Origin: Enoplolaimus lenunculus
Taxonomy: Eukaryota
NCBI GenBank assembly: GCA_030248215.1
Contig: JASANG010003494.1
Coordinates: 434,001-488,367, forward strand
DNA: 54,367 nucleotides
Direction: 5' to 3'
Part shown: one piece after another, positions 13,256 to 26,500 of the stretch
Layout of the letters: every line of letters begins with the position of its first letter
How positions within the stretch are numbered: the first letter of the stretch is position 1
Notes under the pieces: generated by a model
The model's database searches: none
What the model saw: the letters and a program-made list of their open reading frames with translations, nothing else
Told to the model about the DNA's origin: nothing
Program-made: the position numbers and the translations under genes

Positions 13256-13420
13256 TCAATACCAGTCGATGGTGTATTCGAAACTGTCCGTCGGTAGCGA
13301 GCCATGAAATTTCATCGGGATGGGGCTGTGGGTAACATATAATGGCAAAAAAACTGTTGCGAACCAATCGAGCGAGGCCGAACAAAATTTTAATAGTAAA
13401 ACGGTTTTAAAAATACTGCT
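13256..13420 (-). CDS. Possible terminal exon, perhaps of the membrane-protein gene at 16.5-17.2 kb
   Basis: Open frame ...LLLKFCSASLDWFATVFLPLYVTHSPIPMKFHGSLPTDSFEYTIDWY* followed by AT-rich UTR-like sequence. The link to upstream exons was not established. Confidence 0.25.
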   Translation of the reverse strand, partial: SSIFKTVLLLKFCSASLDWFATVFLPLYVTHSPIPMKFHGSLPTDSFEYTIDWY

Positions 13421-14167
13421 TTTGAAGTCTTGTTTGCGGGTTTGTCCTGACTGCACCAATTTGGATATGCCACCGGGATTGAATACCAAAAATATTAATA
13501 TCGAAGCGATAAGCATTTAAAATTATACCGTTTCTCAAGTCTCAAAATTGTTTCAAAGATTTGACGATCATTAAATCAGTGGACTGTCAAGGACTCCAGA
13601 CATCGGCTCAAACATCATAGACGTTTAAACTGACGTCGGCCTTCAAAACGACGCTTTAAATCTGCGATAAAACAGATAAAAGCGAAAATGTTTTAAATTT
13701 TGACTGAAAGTTTAACTTTAAAAGTTGTATTAAATTTTGTGAAATTTTAGATGTGAAATGTAGCGTATTTTACATGAAACATAGTATATAAGAGATAAAT
13801 TGATAAATATGATAATTTGGTGGTCTGTACTTAGACTAGTGCTGCAAAACGATTAGAAATTACGGGCAGTACAAGTAAACGGTAGCTGATAGATATCAGC
13901 TTGCACAGATCTGAAGTATGCGGATTTTGAGTATTGGACCGTTTATTTATCGAGTTTTGATTGAGCGAATGAAATTTAAAATTTAGATCAGTATCTACAT
14001 ATATTTTGGAAGATATTCAATTGATACTAAACGAATTGCCAGAAATTGCAAAAAATGTTCATTTTATTTCACTATCGTAGCAACGGATCCAATAACATGG
14101 GGGCTGCCTACACAGGCGTACAAACAAAAATCAAAAATTAGTTTATAAATCTGAAGGAAAAGCGAGC

Positions 14168-14345
14168 GGCCCACGTATAGAATAGGGCTGGATTGATTTC
14201 CGGAGGGTCTGTGGTAGGGTCAGTTTAAGCTGTAGGCTAAATGTTTTGCTTAGGCTTTAGGCTTAGGAATAGGCTCATCCTTACGCTTAGGCTTAGGCAT
14301 AGGAATATGTTTATACTACTGTTCCACCTGTATAATACATGGGCC
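14168..14345. mobile_element. Telomeric-repeat MITE subfamily A
   Basis: ggcccacgtatagaatagggc...tacatgggcc with degenerate ttaggc repeats. Confidence 0.8.
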
Positions 14346-14510
14346 GTTTTCAGTCATGTATTGAAATCAGCGTCGATGCGTGTGCATAAACCGTGATTTG
14401 TTGACGAAGTTGTTACCATTTGAAACGTCACCCGGAGAGGTTGTCGGACATCTGCATAAACCTAAGCACAATGATTAGCCTGATCATTACAATAAGAGAA
14501 AAGCTCGCTT

Positions 14511-15180
14511 GGCCATATATAGAACAGGGCCGGAACAGTAGTATAAGCATATTCGTAAGCCTAAGGGCATGGATGAGTCTGGGGCAGGTTGGGTACGGTT
14601 TTTTCATGGGTCTCCAAATATATTGCAGACCTCCTGCATCGCTTCAAACGAAATAAGGTCAAATGTTCCACAGTTTGACCCAATGTTGTAACCTAAGACT
14701 AAAAGCGAACTTTTTAAGTTTATAACTGTCAACGGGAAAAGTGGAAAATTTTAAATGCATTGGTTTTCCCTGGTTTTAGCTAGGGAAAATATGAAGCGTA
14801 GGCTTTGTTTGGAAAACGGGAAAAGTGGAATATTTAAAATGTATAGGTATTGTTTAAAAATCTAAACGTTTTAAACTTTCCACTTTTCCAAAGAAAACGT
14901 ATGCTTCCGATTTTCTTAACCACCCCAGGGATATAAAGTGTTTTAATTTTCTACGTTTCCAGTTTTCCAAATAACTTTACCCTACAGATTTTCCCTACCG
15001 AACCAGACAATGTTCAGGCTATAAATTTTCCACTTTTCCCAGGCAAACTTTATGCTTGTTATTTTTGCTCCCAAACCAGCGGAGTTCTGGTCATCATCAT
15101 ACAGGAGTAGCAGCGCTGCATTCCTGGTCATAAGTTTTCCACTCTGAAAAACTAGAAGACCCTGTTCCATACATGGGGCC
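14511..15180. mobile_element. Telomeric-repeat MITE ends separated by about 580 bp of other repetitive DNA (nested insertion)
   Basis: Left end ggccatatatagaacagggccggaacag and right end ccctgttccatacatggggcc. The interior has gggaaaagtggaa/ttccacttttcc motifs resembling 21600-21740. Confidence 0.55.
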
Positions 15181-15914
15181 CTAATTTTTATGTCTGAAAA
15201 TTTTAATTAAACAAATTGCTCAGTTTTTGAATGACATGTGAATAAACCAATGTCAGTTCCGTACATGGTAGCGATAATTGAACACACGACTAATGAATGT
15301 GTTCTAAAACAGCAATTGATAATTTATCTTAAAGGTGAAATATCTGTGATGTGCAAAAGTTGCATTCTATAACACTGATAACATTTTCTGTTTAAACTTT
15401 GATTGTGTTGTGGAATGGATTTTTCTTTCTGCGTCTAGCGTACAATATTTAACGTAAATGATGCATAATTCAGAAAGAACTATAATTCGCTATCTGAATT
15501 GATTCATTAATTGATTGAAATATACAATGGAGTCCAGGAATGAGTGTAAAACATTGCGCTAACCTTATCCAAATCTTAAAATCAGCATTTGAAATGTCAC
15601 AAAATAATTTTGGGTTAATGTATTTTGCTGGCTACAGGTCAAACCGCAAAGAATCGAAAAATAACCCTTTTACGGTCAAAAGTATCCTTCGAAGGTGAAA
15701 CAAATTTTGCAGCTTGCTATTAGGCTCGCTCGTATAAAAAACTCTTACAAATTCTTATTGCCCCGCGAACTTGAAATGCTGGCTAAACGTCGTTGGTATA
15801 TAACGCAAGCCTAAACCTAAGCCTAAGTAAAGCTTCACAACTGCGCTAATATGTCGTGTTTTTTGGGTTCACAAGAGTACGTAAATATTGCAACATTTTC
15901 CACCAAAGTCCGGT

Positions 15915-16112
15915 GAGCCATGTATAGAACAGGGCCAGATCGTTTTCCGGAGGGGCTATAATAGAGTCAGATTAAGCTTTAGACTAATTTTTTTGCTTAA
16001 ACCTAGGCTTAGGCTTAGGAATATGCTCATCCATACGCTTAGGCTTAGGCTCAGGCTTAGGCTTAGGAGTACGCTTATATAACACTGTTCCGGCCCTGTT
16101 CTATACACGGGC
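15915..16112. mobile_element. Telomeric-repeat MITE subfamily A, 8-bp TSD AGTCCGGT
   Basis: Same TIRs, internal (TTAGGC)n, agtccggt on both flanks. Confidence 0.88.
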
Positions 16113-16509
16113 AGTCCGGTTATAGAACGTATTATCAGAATGTCGCCATTCCTGCATCTATGATATATGGCGCCTTTGGGCAAATTTTCAATCTTCTATC
16201 GACAAAATATGTCCACAAAACTCAGAAAATATTTTTTGACAACACGTCATATATAATAATAGTTAGAATCACCATTTTAACAATATTTTGACAATCAGAT
16301 TTCGCTTCACTTCCTGCTTTGGTTCCGGCTTTGACTCCAGCAAAATGTTGCCAGCCACTTCTTCATCCCCTGATTTTTCACATCCGGTGGTGCCCTGGTA
16401 CTAGGAAATCAAACGCTTTCTAACTGTATCGAAAGTTTCAGTCAATCTATATTAAACCTCGGCGCGCGGTCGCAGTGGTTAAGCAGTGAACGAAACATCA
16501 TTGAGATTA

Positions 16510-17235
16510 TTAAACGCTACGTCCATCTCTGACTGCAAAAACAATATTAATAATTGCAATAATAATCGCAGCTGCATGACACGCGTTTGTAGTCGTCATT
16601 GCGACTGCACTCAGACGCACGTTACAATTTTGGCACCATACCATGCGGACGCGATCGCCAAAATAGTACGTTTCGCTATCGTAAAACGGTAACAATCCGC
16701 AACAGCAACGCATTTTAACAAATTCAACAATTTCCCACAGTAACGAAATTAACTTCAGACATGAACTCATCAAACTCGGTGCGCCAGGCATTCGAGTGAT
16801 TTCGGAACAATAAATAATCAGTAGGAACGTACAGAGTGGAAATTCACCAAGAACAATAGCGCTAGTTTTCAACGATACGGTCAACGGAGTCGTCGGGTCG
16901 CCAGATCGCATAATAAATATCCATTCGACTATGTGACCAACTAAGACGACTGCAAACACTGCAGTACCGTAGAAATAGCCATACACTGAAACGGTGCCTG
17001 GCCATGTATTATAAAATTGCATGTAGCGATAAATTTGAATCGAAAGCAGTATATCGGAGAGAACTTCGGTAAATATACAAATTAAACTGAACGAAGCTGC
17101 AACGCGCGTTGGTAACCAACGTGCGTGCGCTAGCGGTCGAGTTATTGTGAAATATCGGTAGGTTAAGTAAATTAAATAATCGAAGTCTAAATGGTGCCTG
17201 TTTTTAGGGGTAAGGTATAGTTTTCTGTACCGCAT
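16510..17235 (-). CDS. Hypothetical multi-pass membrane protein (large exon or single-exon ORF; boundaries uncertain)
   Basis: 241-aa ORF with about 5 hydrophobic segments (SFSLICIFTEVLSDILLSI, YFYGTAVFAVVLVGHIVEWIFI, LGEFPLCTFLLIIY, AAAIIIAIINIVFAV). Loosely XK/TMEM26-like by eye only. Confidence 0.5.
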   Translation of the reverse strand: MRYRKLYLTPKNRHHLDFDYLIYLTYRYFTITRPLAHARWLPTRVAASFSLICIFTEVLSDILLSIQIYRYMQFYNTWPGTVSVYGYFYGTAVFAVVLVGHIVEWIFIMRSGDPTTPLTVSLKTSAIVLGEFPLCTFLLIIYCSEITRMPGAPSLMSSCLKLISLLWEIVEFVKMRCCCGLLPFYDSETYYFGDRVRMVWCQNCNVRLSAVAMTTTNACHAAAIIIAIINIVFAVRDGRSV

Positions 17236-17366
17236 GGGACGCCGCGTGGCTCACATAGATTGTAGATGCTCCTACTAGCAAATCCAAAAGTGAGCAGGAG
17301 GGGGTAGCAATTTTTTGTGACCAAATGGTTAGGTTCCTAACTACCGATTTTTTCCTGAGAAACTTG

Positions 17367-17571
17367 GGCCCATGTAAAGGTCAGGGGCAGAAAGGTTTTC
17401 TGTGGGACTAGAATAGAGTAATTTAAGCTTTGGACTATTTTTTGCATGGCTTAGGCTTTGGCTTAGGCTTGGGAATCTGCTCATTCTTATGCTTAGGTAT
17501 AGGCTTAGGTTTAGGCTTAGTTATAGGAATATGCTTATAATACTGTTCCGCCCCTGTTCTTTACATTGGCC
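17367..17571. mobile_element. Telomeric-repeat MITE subfamily B
   Basis: ggcccatgtaaaggtcaggggc...gcccctgttctttacattggcc; flanks gaaacttg/gaaacttt. Confidence 0.85.
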
Positions 17572-17628
17572 GAAACTTTCCAAACAAATAGATAGTTTAC
17601 GGTAAATATTGCATTTGATAATTTTTGC

Positions 17629-18240
17629 GGCCAATGTTACTTTTAAGGCCGTAACAGTAGATTAAGCGTATTCTTAAGCCTAAGCCTAAACCTAAGCGTT
17701 GTAAAAGCGTAAGCCTAAGCCTAAGCAAAAAAATGTGGTCTAGAATGTAAGCCTACTCTTTTATAGAGCCGCCACAACCCGGGACGGCCCTAAAAGTAAC
17801 ATGGGTCATTTTTTCCAACCCGAACCCCGTCAGAAATTTAGGAATCCACCACTGAATGCTCAACGCGAGCGTATTCCTAAGTCTAAAAGCCTAAGCCTAA
17901 GCCTAAGCCTAAGCAAAAAATGTAGTCTAGAGTGTAAGCCTACTCTTTTACAGAGCCGCCACAACCCGGGACGGCCCTAAAAGTAACATGGGTCATTTTT
18001 GCCAACCCGAACCCCGTCAGAAATTTAGGAATCCACCACTGAATGCTCAACGCGAGCGTATTCCTAAGTCTAAAAACCTAAGCCTAAGCCTAAGCCTAAG
18101 CAAAAAATGTAGTCTAGAATGTAAGCCTACTCTTTACAGAGCCGCCACAACCCGGGACGGCCCTAAAAGTAACATGGGCCATTTTTGCCAATCCGAACCC
18201 TGTCAGAAATTTAGGAATCCACCACTGAATGCTCAACGCG
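17629..18240. repeat. Telomeric-repeat MITE subfamily C (17629-17807) with tandem triplication of its right part plus about 60 bp of flank (~180-187-bp units)
   Basis: Three copies of agcgtattc..(gcctaa)n..gccctaaaagtaacatggg.c.attttt.ccaa.ccgaaccc.gtcagaaatttaggaatccaccactgaatgctcaacgcg; TSD-like atttttgc on the left and after the right TIRs. Confidence 0.85.
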
Positions 18241-18785
18241 ACCCCGTGTGTTTCATCAAAACAATTTCCTGACATGACGTGCGACGACGCGCGCCTGCGA
18301 GTATAGTACAAGTCAACGCTAAAAATAATCTTGCACGCCACCGAGATTTATGTTCGTTCACGCTCAGGCTTAGGTTAAAGATGGTGGCAAAAATTTAGGC
18401 TAAGGCTTAGGTTTAGACAAGGCGTTGGAAACTTAAGCCTAAGGCTTAACTGATACCTGATTCTGAGCCTAAACCTTGCAATGGGAAAGAGAACAGGAGC
18501 CGCTAAATCATTGCTTAATTTCTTTCATACTCTACACGCAAGTTCCAGTTTTATTTTAGAATATTTCATCATGCGAAAATTTAGGCTTAAACACAGTGTA
18601 AACAGTGTGTAAACGGAAAGTAGAATATCAACCAAAACAGAAACGAATAGTGATTGAAAAACGGAAAACGGATACTGAAGTTTCAAAATTTCAAATATTT
18701 TTATTTTTCCGCTAATAAAATTGACGCACGCCAATATTTATGTGGATTTTAAAAATTATAAAAATAGCAGTTGTTGTCATACTTT

Positions 18786-18981
18786 GGCCAATGTAAAGAA
18801 CAGGGGCGGAACAGCATTGTACACATATTCCTAAGCCTAAACTTAAGCCTAAGCCTAAGCGTATGAATGATCATATTCCTAAACCTAAGCCCAAGCAAAG
18901 CAAAAAAATTAGTCTGAAGCTTAAGCTTACTCGTTTCTAGTCCCACAGAAAAATGTTTCGCCCCTGATCTTTACACGGGTC
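18786..18981. mobile_element. Telomeric-repeat MITE subfamily B
   Basis: ggccaatgtaaagaacaggggcgg...gcccctgatctttacacgggtc with (gcctaa)n. Confidence 0.85.
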
Positions 18982-19344
18982 CAAAACTTTTAAGGTTTCG
19001 GATGAATTTTATACTTTTATATTTCAAATCGCACAATTCATACAGCAAATTTGTAATCAAAAGTTGAGGCGATTTGTACGCAATTTACAACTAGTTATTA
19101 TCATAAAAATAACGGAATTTCCGGTATTTCGGCAACAGAAACGAAAACGAACACATATTTTTCCGGAACCTAACGTGGAACGAGTATCCGGGTACATCAT
19201 GCAATCTACATCAACGGCTGTCGCCTTTTGAGCTAAGGCTCATACGTTTGGTCCTAAAACCAGGCTGGTTAGTAGAGATAGAACACGCTTTGGAAGTTTT
19301 CAAAGCTACAAACCCACTGTAAATAATACTTGGTTAGGTATTTC

Positions 19345-19555
19345 CGCCAATGTAAAGAACAAGGACGGAACAGTATTATAAGCGTATTCCTTAACCTAAG
19401 TCTAAGCCTAAGCCTAAGCGTAAGAACGAGCATATTTCTAAGCCTAAGCCTAAGCCTAAGCCTATTGAGCAAAGCAAAAAAATAGTCTAAAGCTTAAGGT
19501 TTACTCTATTCCAGTCCCACAAAAAAACGTTGCGCCCTTGATCTTCACATGGGCC
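19345..19555. mobile_element. Telomeric-repeat MITE subfamily B
   Basis: cgccaatgtaaagaacaagg...gatcttcacatgggcc; ggtatttc on both flanks. Confidence 0.85.
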
Positions 19556-20006
19556 GGGTATTTCAAACGAGTGTTCTTGTTCTCTGAGGATACCTGGGTT
19601 TTATCAGGGTAAATAGAGCAAGCATTTACAAAACTTTTCTTTTTAAATCAATAAACGTTTAAATTTACATTTATAATTGGTCAAAAAACAAATATAAGGC
19701 ACGTGTTATTAATACACTTAAACAGTTAATCAAATTTACAACAATGAAACGCTGATTGGAAACAAAAATGATTAATAGCAACAAGAACTTTACACCTGTT
19801 AAACGATTCAACGCTCAAACGAATTTCATATCAATTTAAAACAGATATAAACTACATATATGTTGTATCCCACTGTCAATATCTTCAATCGCATAAACAC
19901 CCTTTTGGGGCACATGACCTCATCCACAGATTGATTGGATACAGGGTTAAATCGTATTTCATCCTCAAAACAAGACCTCACCTACAGCGGTCATAAAGTG
20001 CTACTG

Positions 20007-20667
20007 CAATGCAAAAAATGGTGAATCAAATTGATTCTCTTCGAAATAGGCTTTTCGAGACTACACAAACTGCGTCAAAACCTAATTCGCCAGAGTCAAA
20101 TTCGACTCACCGGTTTTTCGGGACTTCACAAACTGAGTCAAATTCAAATCTGCCAGAGTCAAATTCGACTCACCGGCTTTTCGGGACTACACAAACTGAG
20201 TCAAATTCGAATCCGCCAGAGTAAAATTCGACTCACCGGTTTTTCGGGACTTCACAAACTGAGTCAAATTCGAATCTGCCAGAGTGAAATTCGACTCACC
20301 GGCATTTCGGGACTACACAAACTGAGTCAAATTCGAATTCGCCAGAGTCAAATTCGACTCACCGGTTTTTCGGGACTACACAAACTGAGTCAAATTCGAA
20401 TCTGCCAGAGTCATATTCGACTCACCGGTTTTTCGGGACTTCACAAACTGAGTCAAATTCGAATCCACCAGAGTCAAATTCGACTCACCGGTTTTTCGGG
20501 ACTTCACAAACTGAGTCAAATTCGAATCTGCCAGAGTCATATTCGACTCACTGAGCGGTAAGTCGAATTTGACTCTGGTGGAGTCGAATTTGACTAAAAG
20601 TTGGTGTATATAGTCCGGAATAGTCTATTTCGGAGGGAATCAATTTGACTCATCATTTTTTGCAGTG
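20007..20667. mobile_element. CACTG-family MITE with an internal 60-bp tandem array (about 8 copies)
   Basis: Termini caatgcaaaaaatggtga / tcatcattttttgcagtg with TG flanks; unit gagtcaaattcgactcaccggtttttcgggactacacaaactgagtcaaattcgaatctgcca. Confidence 0.85.
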
Positions 20668-21069
20668 TGGGGATAACGCGAAGACCTTGGCGAATAGCAA
20701 AGAATCACAATCGCTCAGATTGGACCCTCGGTGTATCATATTTAGATTTCTGAGACCCATATGACGGTGAAATACACGTAATCTCGACGAATCAGGAATG
20801 GGAGACTAGCTCTCGGTCTCGGGAAACGGCGGAACTTGGTATATCAAGGTCTCGATTTTTTAAGTATGACACACGTAAACATGTATTAAAAGAATCTTCT
20901 ACGTCATAAAGATCAATAGAGTTAGTTGATTCGGTATCGAAAAACTTTAACACAAAACTGACAGATAACGGAAATAAACTAATCTCTAAAAGCAAGTTTA
21001 ACAGGCTTGAGAATAACCGACTGAATCTAAACACCCAAGAGGCCAACGAAGTTGTTTTTTACACGAGGC

Positions 21070-21250
21070 GGCTCATGTAGAGAACAGGGCCGGATTTTTT
21101 TCACTCGGGGCTGTAATAGAGTCAGTTTAAGCTACAGCCGAAACTTTTTGCTTTAGCCTTTAGGATTAGGCTTAGGAATATCCTCATTCTTACGCTTAGG
21201 TTTATAAATATGCTTATACTACTGTTCCGGCCCTGTTCTATACATGGGCC
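21070..21250. mobile_element. Telomeric-repeat MITE (GGCC-ended TIR), subfamily A, 8-bp TSD CACGAGGC
   Basis: TIRs ggctcatgtagagaacagggccgga / tccggccctgttctatacatgggcc, internal ttaggc-type repeats, cacgaggc on both sides. Confidence 0.9.
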
Positions 21251-23570
21251 CACGAGGCTATGCGGACCCGAACTGAAATCTTTCTTTTACGTCCCTGCTC
21301 AAAACAATTAAAAAAGTCTCTTAAAACATTGAAATTAACAGTGCACTGTTGCAAACAGGTGGAAAAAACTTGGTTCAAACCACAAAAATAATCGTAAATA
21401 TTGAGAAAAACGGAGGTAAAATATGCTGGACAACGTGCATCTCGATTTGTTTTATTTTATGGAGGAAGGAGTTAAAACCTATACGATGTAGTAAATATAT
21501 TTATCAAACCAAACGCTGCATTTATGATGCGGTTTTATTTGATGTATGTTTGTGAAAGATGCAAAAGTTAAAAAATTTGGCCTATGTATGATTATAAGTG
21601 TCTGAATTCTATACGTTTTAAACATTTCCCGTTTTCCAAACAAAACCTATCGTTCAGGATTTGCCTAGTTACCAACACAGGAAAAATCTCAAGCGTTTAA
21701 ATTTAAAACTTTCACTGCTCCCGTTTTCCTAACAAAATCTGCTTTCAGACCAGGGTGCAACCAGAGCCGAAGGTCAACGAAGCTTACCGGAGCCGGAGGT
21801 GAGGTGAAATTAGGTAGTAAACATGAAGGTTAATTAGTTAATTTCAGCCAATATCTGCAATATATTTTAAGTTGTTTGGTTACGCTAATTTTTTGCGAAA
21901 TTTCGGAAATTTTCCTGAAAATTGACAAAAGTAAAACGAAACGCGCTAAACACATAAATGTTGCACAATTATGCAAAATTTTATTAAAAATTCTACCATA
22001 ACCGGAGGCAGACCTGTTGTTGTACGCTAACGACAAGTGTTAGCATAAATTTGTGCAAAAATTAGTTTTAAAGTTATTTTACAATATTCAATCGCAGTAT
22101 AGAATACGATATTTCCTACATTCGATTTAAATTGTTCAAAATTCTTTGCAACACGGAAACATCCAATTTCGTTCGAAATCCATTTCAACAGTGCGAGTAC
22201 TTTAAAGCACAGTATGTTAACATCCAAAACGCAATGGACCCCTACATAAGATTTAACAATTTCCGCCGCTGCAACTACTACGATTAAGTATTCTAACATC
22301 GCTCACACAATGTAAAACGCGTTTCATTTACTTGTTTAACACCAGTTAATTTGCCACCAGAAAAAATATTGAATTTAGTTTGAATAAAATATCTGATCCA
22401 TGATACTTTTAGAACCGTTCGTTTTCTCGCACAACTTAATTCAAGAGTAGGATTCGATTTTAGATTATTTCTGCTTACAAGTAGGTCGATGCAAGGGTTA
22501 ACATTCATTTCTAGACTTAGGCTTTAAAATATGCTTAATCTTGAATTACTGCTCTAAAAGTTACATCGGCCTAAGGCAGTATACAGATCAAAGGCGGACC
22601 ATTTCTCGCACGACTGCAATAAAGTAAGCTTAAGCTTTAATCTAATTCGTTTGCTTAGGCTTTAGCTTTAGACATCTTTACCCTACTTACGAAAATGCTT
22701 ACGGCGCTCTTCTATAAATTGGACAGGCTTGATTTCTACAAAATAGCAGGTGGTAATAGCTAATAGCACCTTAAAGCACAGGTTGAAAGTAAATCAAAAC
22801 AAAAAGCTTTGCTCACTTGATGCCAGGTTTTGTAAAGTTTTCCTGTAAGACCATGGATTACACGGTCAATTTATTCAGTTGTAACGTAAAGTTTACCAAA
22901 CCCGGGCATGTGGTAGTTGAGTAACCGACTATTATGGTGTAATTGACAACTTCGCTTACAATCAGTGCCGAACTATAACAACCACAACTAAATTTCAAGT
23001 TTAAGAAAACGAACAAATAACATATTAAATAAACATCCGAAAACTTAACACAATAATTCATACAAAAAAATCTATTGCAGGTACGCAGCAGGAAAGTTGT
23101 TTTCATGGACAAAAAATTCAGATACAACAAATCAAAAATGAAAAAAGCTAAGGCTTAGACACAACCCTTAATCCAAATGAAATTACGAGAATTTACACAA
23201 GAAATAATGCAATTTATTACTTTTACTTCGAAAAACCTTCCTGTAACGCTGATATTCAAATTCAAAATACAAAACTAATTTTGATTCATGGTCCGTATTC
23301 TCAAATTGCTATACCAGTATTCGTAATCATAAAACATGTACGTAAATTGATGCACATCTGAAAGGCGAGCGCTGCCATAGATACAGTTTTAAACTCTACG
23401 AGGTGATTGTAGGTTTAAGAGCGTCAATACTGATAATATGTGCTACAGACAGTTGAGAATACGACCCTTTTGTATTACATTATCGACAATCCTGGACTGC
23501 TATGTACTGAACACCCATGTATTGCAGTTATAAAGCAAATCTCCGAGCGGCACGTATGTACCAGCACCCA

Positions 23571-26500
23571 CTAGCCAAACGCATTTCCACCACCAAAATT
23601 AAATGACTGAGGTATTTCTTGGTTTGCAAATTGATATCCACCAACTAATTCGATTTTCTTGGATTCTGCAAAAAAGAAGAAAAAAATTAAGCAATTTATA
23701 AGGGGAAAACAAATCTAGATACATATCGCAGAAGCCAAAACACAACTAAATCACGAACATAACAAAATTCGCACGCGATCATAACTTCGCAAAACCAATA
23801 GACGCAATCGTGTCCTGGACTCAGAGGGCAAGACGCGGCAGGGAGAGCAATCTGGCGACATGGTTTAAACGGTTCAGCCTCCAGAAGAAGGCAAATGACG
23901 TAAAACATGCTTTTGTATTTTATAAAATTACAGTTCGAAATTTCCATAGCCACACGCATAACAGTGTAGAAACAGTAATATAAAAGTATCTGATAATTTA
24001 AATGAAATACCCGCCGCCGCAGCACGTTTATCGGCCAACTGAAAAATAGTTTTAATTTTTTCTTGTTGTTCTGGAGTCAATTGAGAACACAGCATCATAC
24101 ACCAGTCTTGCTCTTCTTGTAATACTGAAATTTACAAACCAAACTGCAAAACTGAATATTTATAATCCAAACTGAATCGTAATAGGCTGACTTAAAGGTT
24201 TCAAGGGAAAGGGATTCCACCGCCAGTAGGCATGTTTCGCGTTTTCGATTTTTTTCTTACATCAAGTGAAAACGGTGAATTGCAAACGGGAGAACATTAC
24301 AACCGGCAGAAACGGACCAAAATGACACTGACCAAATACAAAAGAGCACCTAGAGCATCAAGGACCTATCCGACCACATGTCATCCCCATAGAATCATCT
24401 CAAATTTGTTCGCTATGTATGTACCTCGCTTGAACACAATGTATTCGTCAATATCGCAATCTTCTCGATCCAGCGGCGTATCGTACGGTTCCAGGTCTGT
24501 CTCGTACAAATCGTCGTCCCCCCCGGCACTCGCATCACTATTATAGTCCCCGTCTTCGGCACCATTACCACTATCTTTCTCCTAAACAACGACTAACAGC
24601 TCTATCACCAAAATAATCTAACTGCCAAAACAACTGCGTAATAACGTTTATAACATGAAAACCGAAACATTTTTTCAAGCTATACACAGAGCCTCCTTCA
24701 GCAAATCCACTCAGCCGATTGGCTACAAACGCATAATCTTTTCGATACTTTGACTTCACACTAAGTCACAAAATGATATCCGAAATTTATACTTGTAAAA
24801 CAATCATATTAAAACCCAAAACTCGCTGATATTGAAACTACAAGCTCGATAAACGTGTGCCGGAAAGTTTGTCCTCCACAACGCACGCTCACTGTCCCTG
24901 ATTAGCACTTACCATTTGCTGCAACATCTCAATATACGCGTTATCGTCATCATCAATAGCATCTTCGTCGCTAGCCAGACCACCTGAATAACATAAACTT
25001 TTGTTAAGTTTTCAAATGCAAATTATATTTAAGCGATTGCAGTAACGCTTAAATGGATATAGTTTATGTTCCCAAAGCCCTCTAACTTTGTAATATACCC
25101 CACTGGTTCGAAATATTGCGTGTTCGGTCGTATGTCAACAATCAGTCGTTACCATAGGGTCACATGTAGGATCAATCAAGTGCGAATATTTGCCATTTTA
25201 ATATTCTCGATTGGCTGATTCGAAATATTTGCCATAAATTTAGGGCGACGTACCGTCAATTTCATCAGCATCATCATCGTCGTCTTCTTCATCATCCGAA
25301 TCATCATCGACGTCACTATCTGCGTTTTCTCGAGCAGCTTTCGCTAAATCAGGAATTGAATTTTTACCGGAACAGAAACAACAAAGGACATCAGAATTTG
25401 CGTAATTTTTCAGCAAATTAGTGTTTCACAAATTAAAAAGCTGTCAAAAAAGCCTTATACTGATTTTTAGTAATTACATACATCATCAAACCTTTACCTA
25501 TAAAAGGATGCTCAGCCAAATTAGTTTAGACCTAAAATTTAATCAATTGATAACTGCCGTAATATTCTTTACCCCAATTTCTAAATCAATACCTTTGTAA
25601 GCATTTTGCAAACCATCAAACAGCATAATACAAACTGGTAGGAGTTGTCCAGCAATTTCCGGCTGGGCCAGCTCTGCAGGACGTGGTTTGACAGTCATAA
25701 GTGTCATGAGGCCGAGAATGCACATACGACGATCGTGAAGGCTTAAAATACAAAATAAAACATAAATGAAATTATAAGAACAATCACACGCTTAGCCTTT
25801 ACTAGCTAGCGCGCATAAAAACAAAATATTTCCTTACCAATTCATCTATAAATTACAACTACTGTTTCGGCCAATAAATTATAACAATTAAAAGGTCTAG
25901 CTGCACACATAACGGTTTCAAACAGAATATATACAGTAAATATTCCATAATCTTTTGCAATTCTTTATTAATATACGTCAATTGCTTGGCAAACTAAATC
26001 AAAATAAAAAAGTTTTAATTAAACAAAATTTAAACAAAAACATCAAAAAATATTTAAATCATCAAATTTAAGGTCCACATTGTCGAATGCGTGCCAAATG
26101 CGTATAGTATCTATCACTAACGAGAGGTTTTCAAACTGACGATGTCCTATAAGTGCTGATCTTAAAACTGGTACAGATGTGGAACAATTCTAAAGCAAAA
26201 ATGTACTGAATTTTAAACCTCACCATTCCCTGGTTCGCACAAACTGGTGATAAGTGCTATGCACACTTGAGAATACAAGCTCAGGATCATACAATCTCTC
26301 ACCCTAAAAAGCAGTCCGCATCTTCGAGCCATTGTCGAATAAAACGATCAAGAATTGATGTTTCAGGATTGGTTGTCGCTTGAATATTCGATAAAATGTG
26401 AAAAAATAACGTTGGATTATAATATAGCGCAGCGATAAGGACCTAAAACATAATCGTCGACAAACTGACTTACTTTTACAAGGTGCACCCAGTTTGGCGT

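Noticed and set aside
20009..20561. Repetitive 176-aa and 71-aa ORFs
   Set aside because: They derive from the 60-bp tandem array inside a CACTG MITE.
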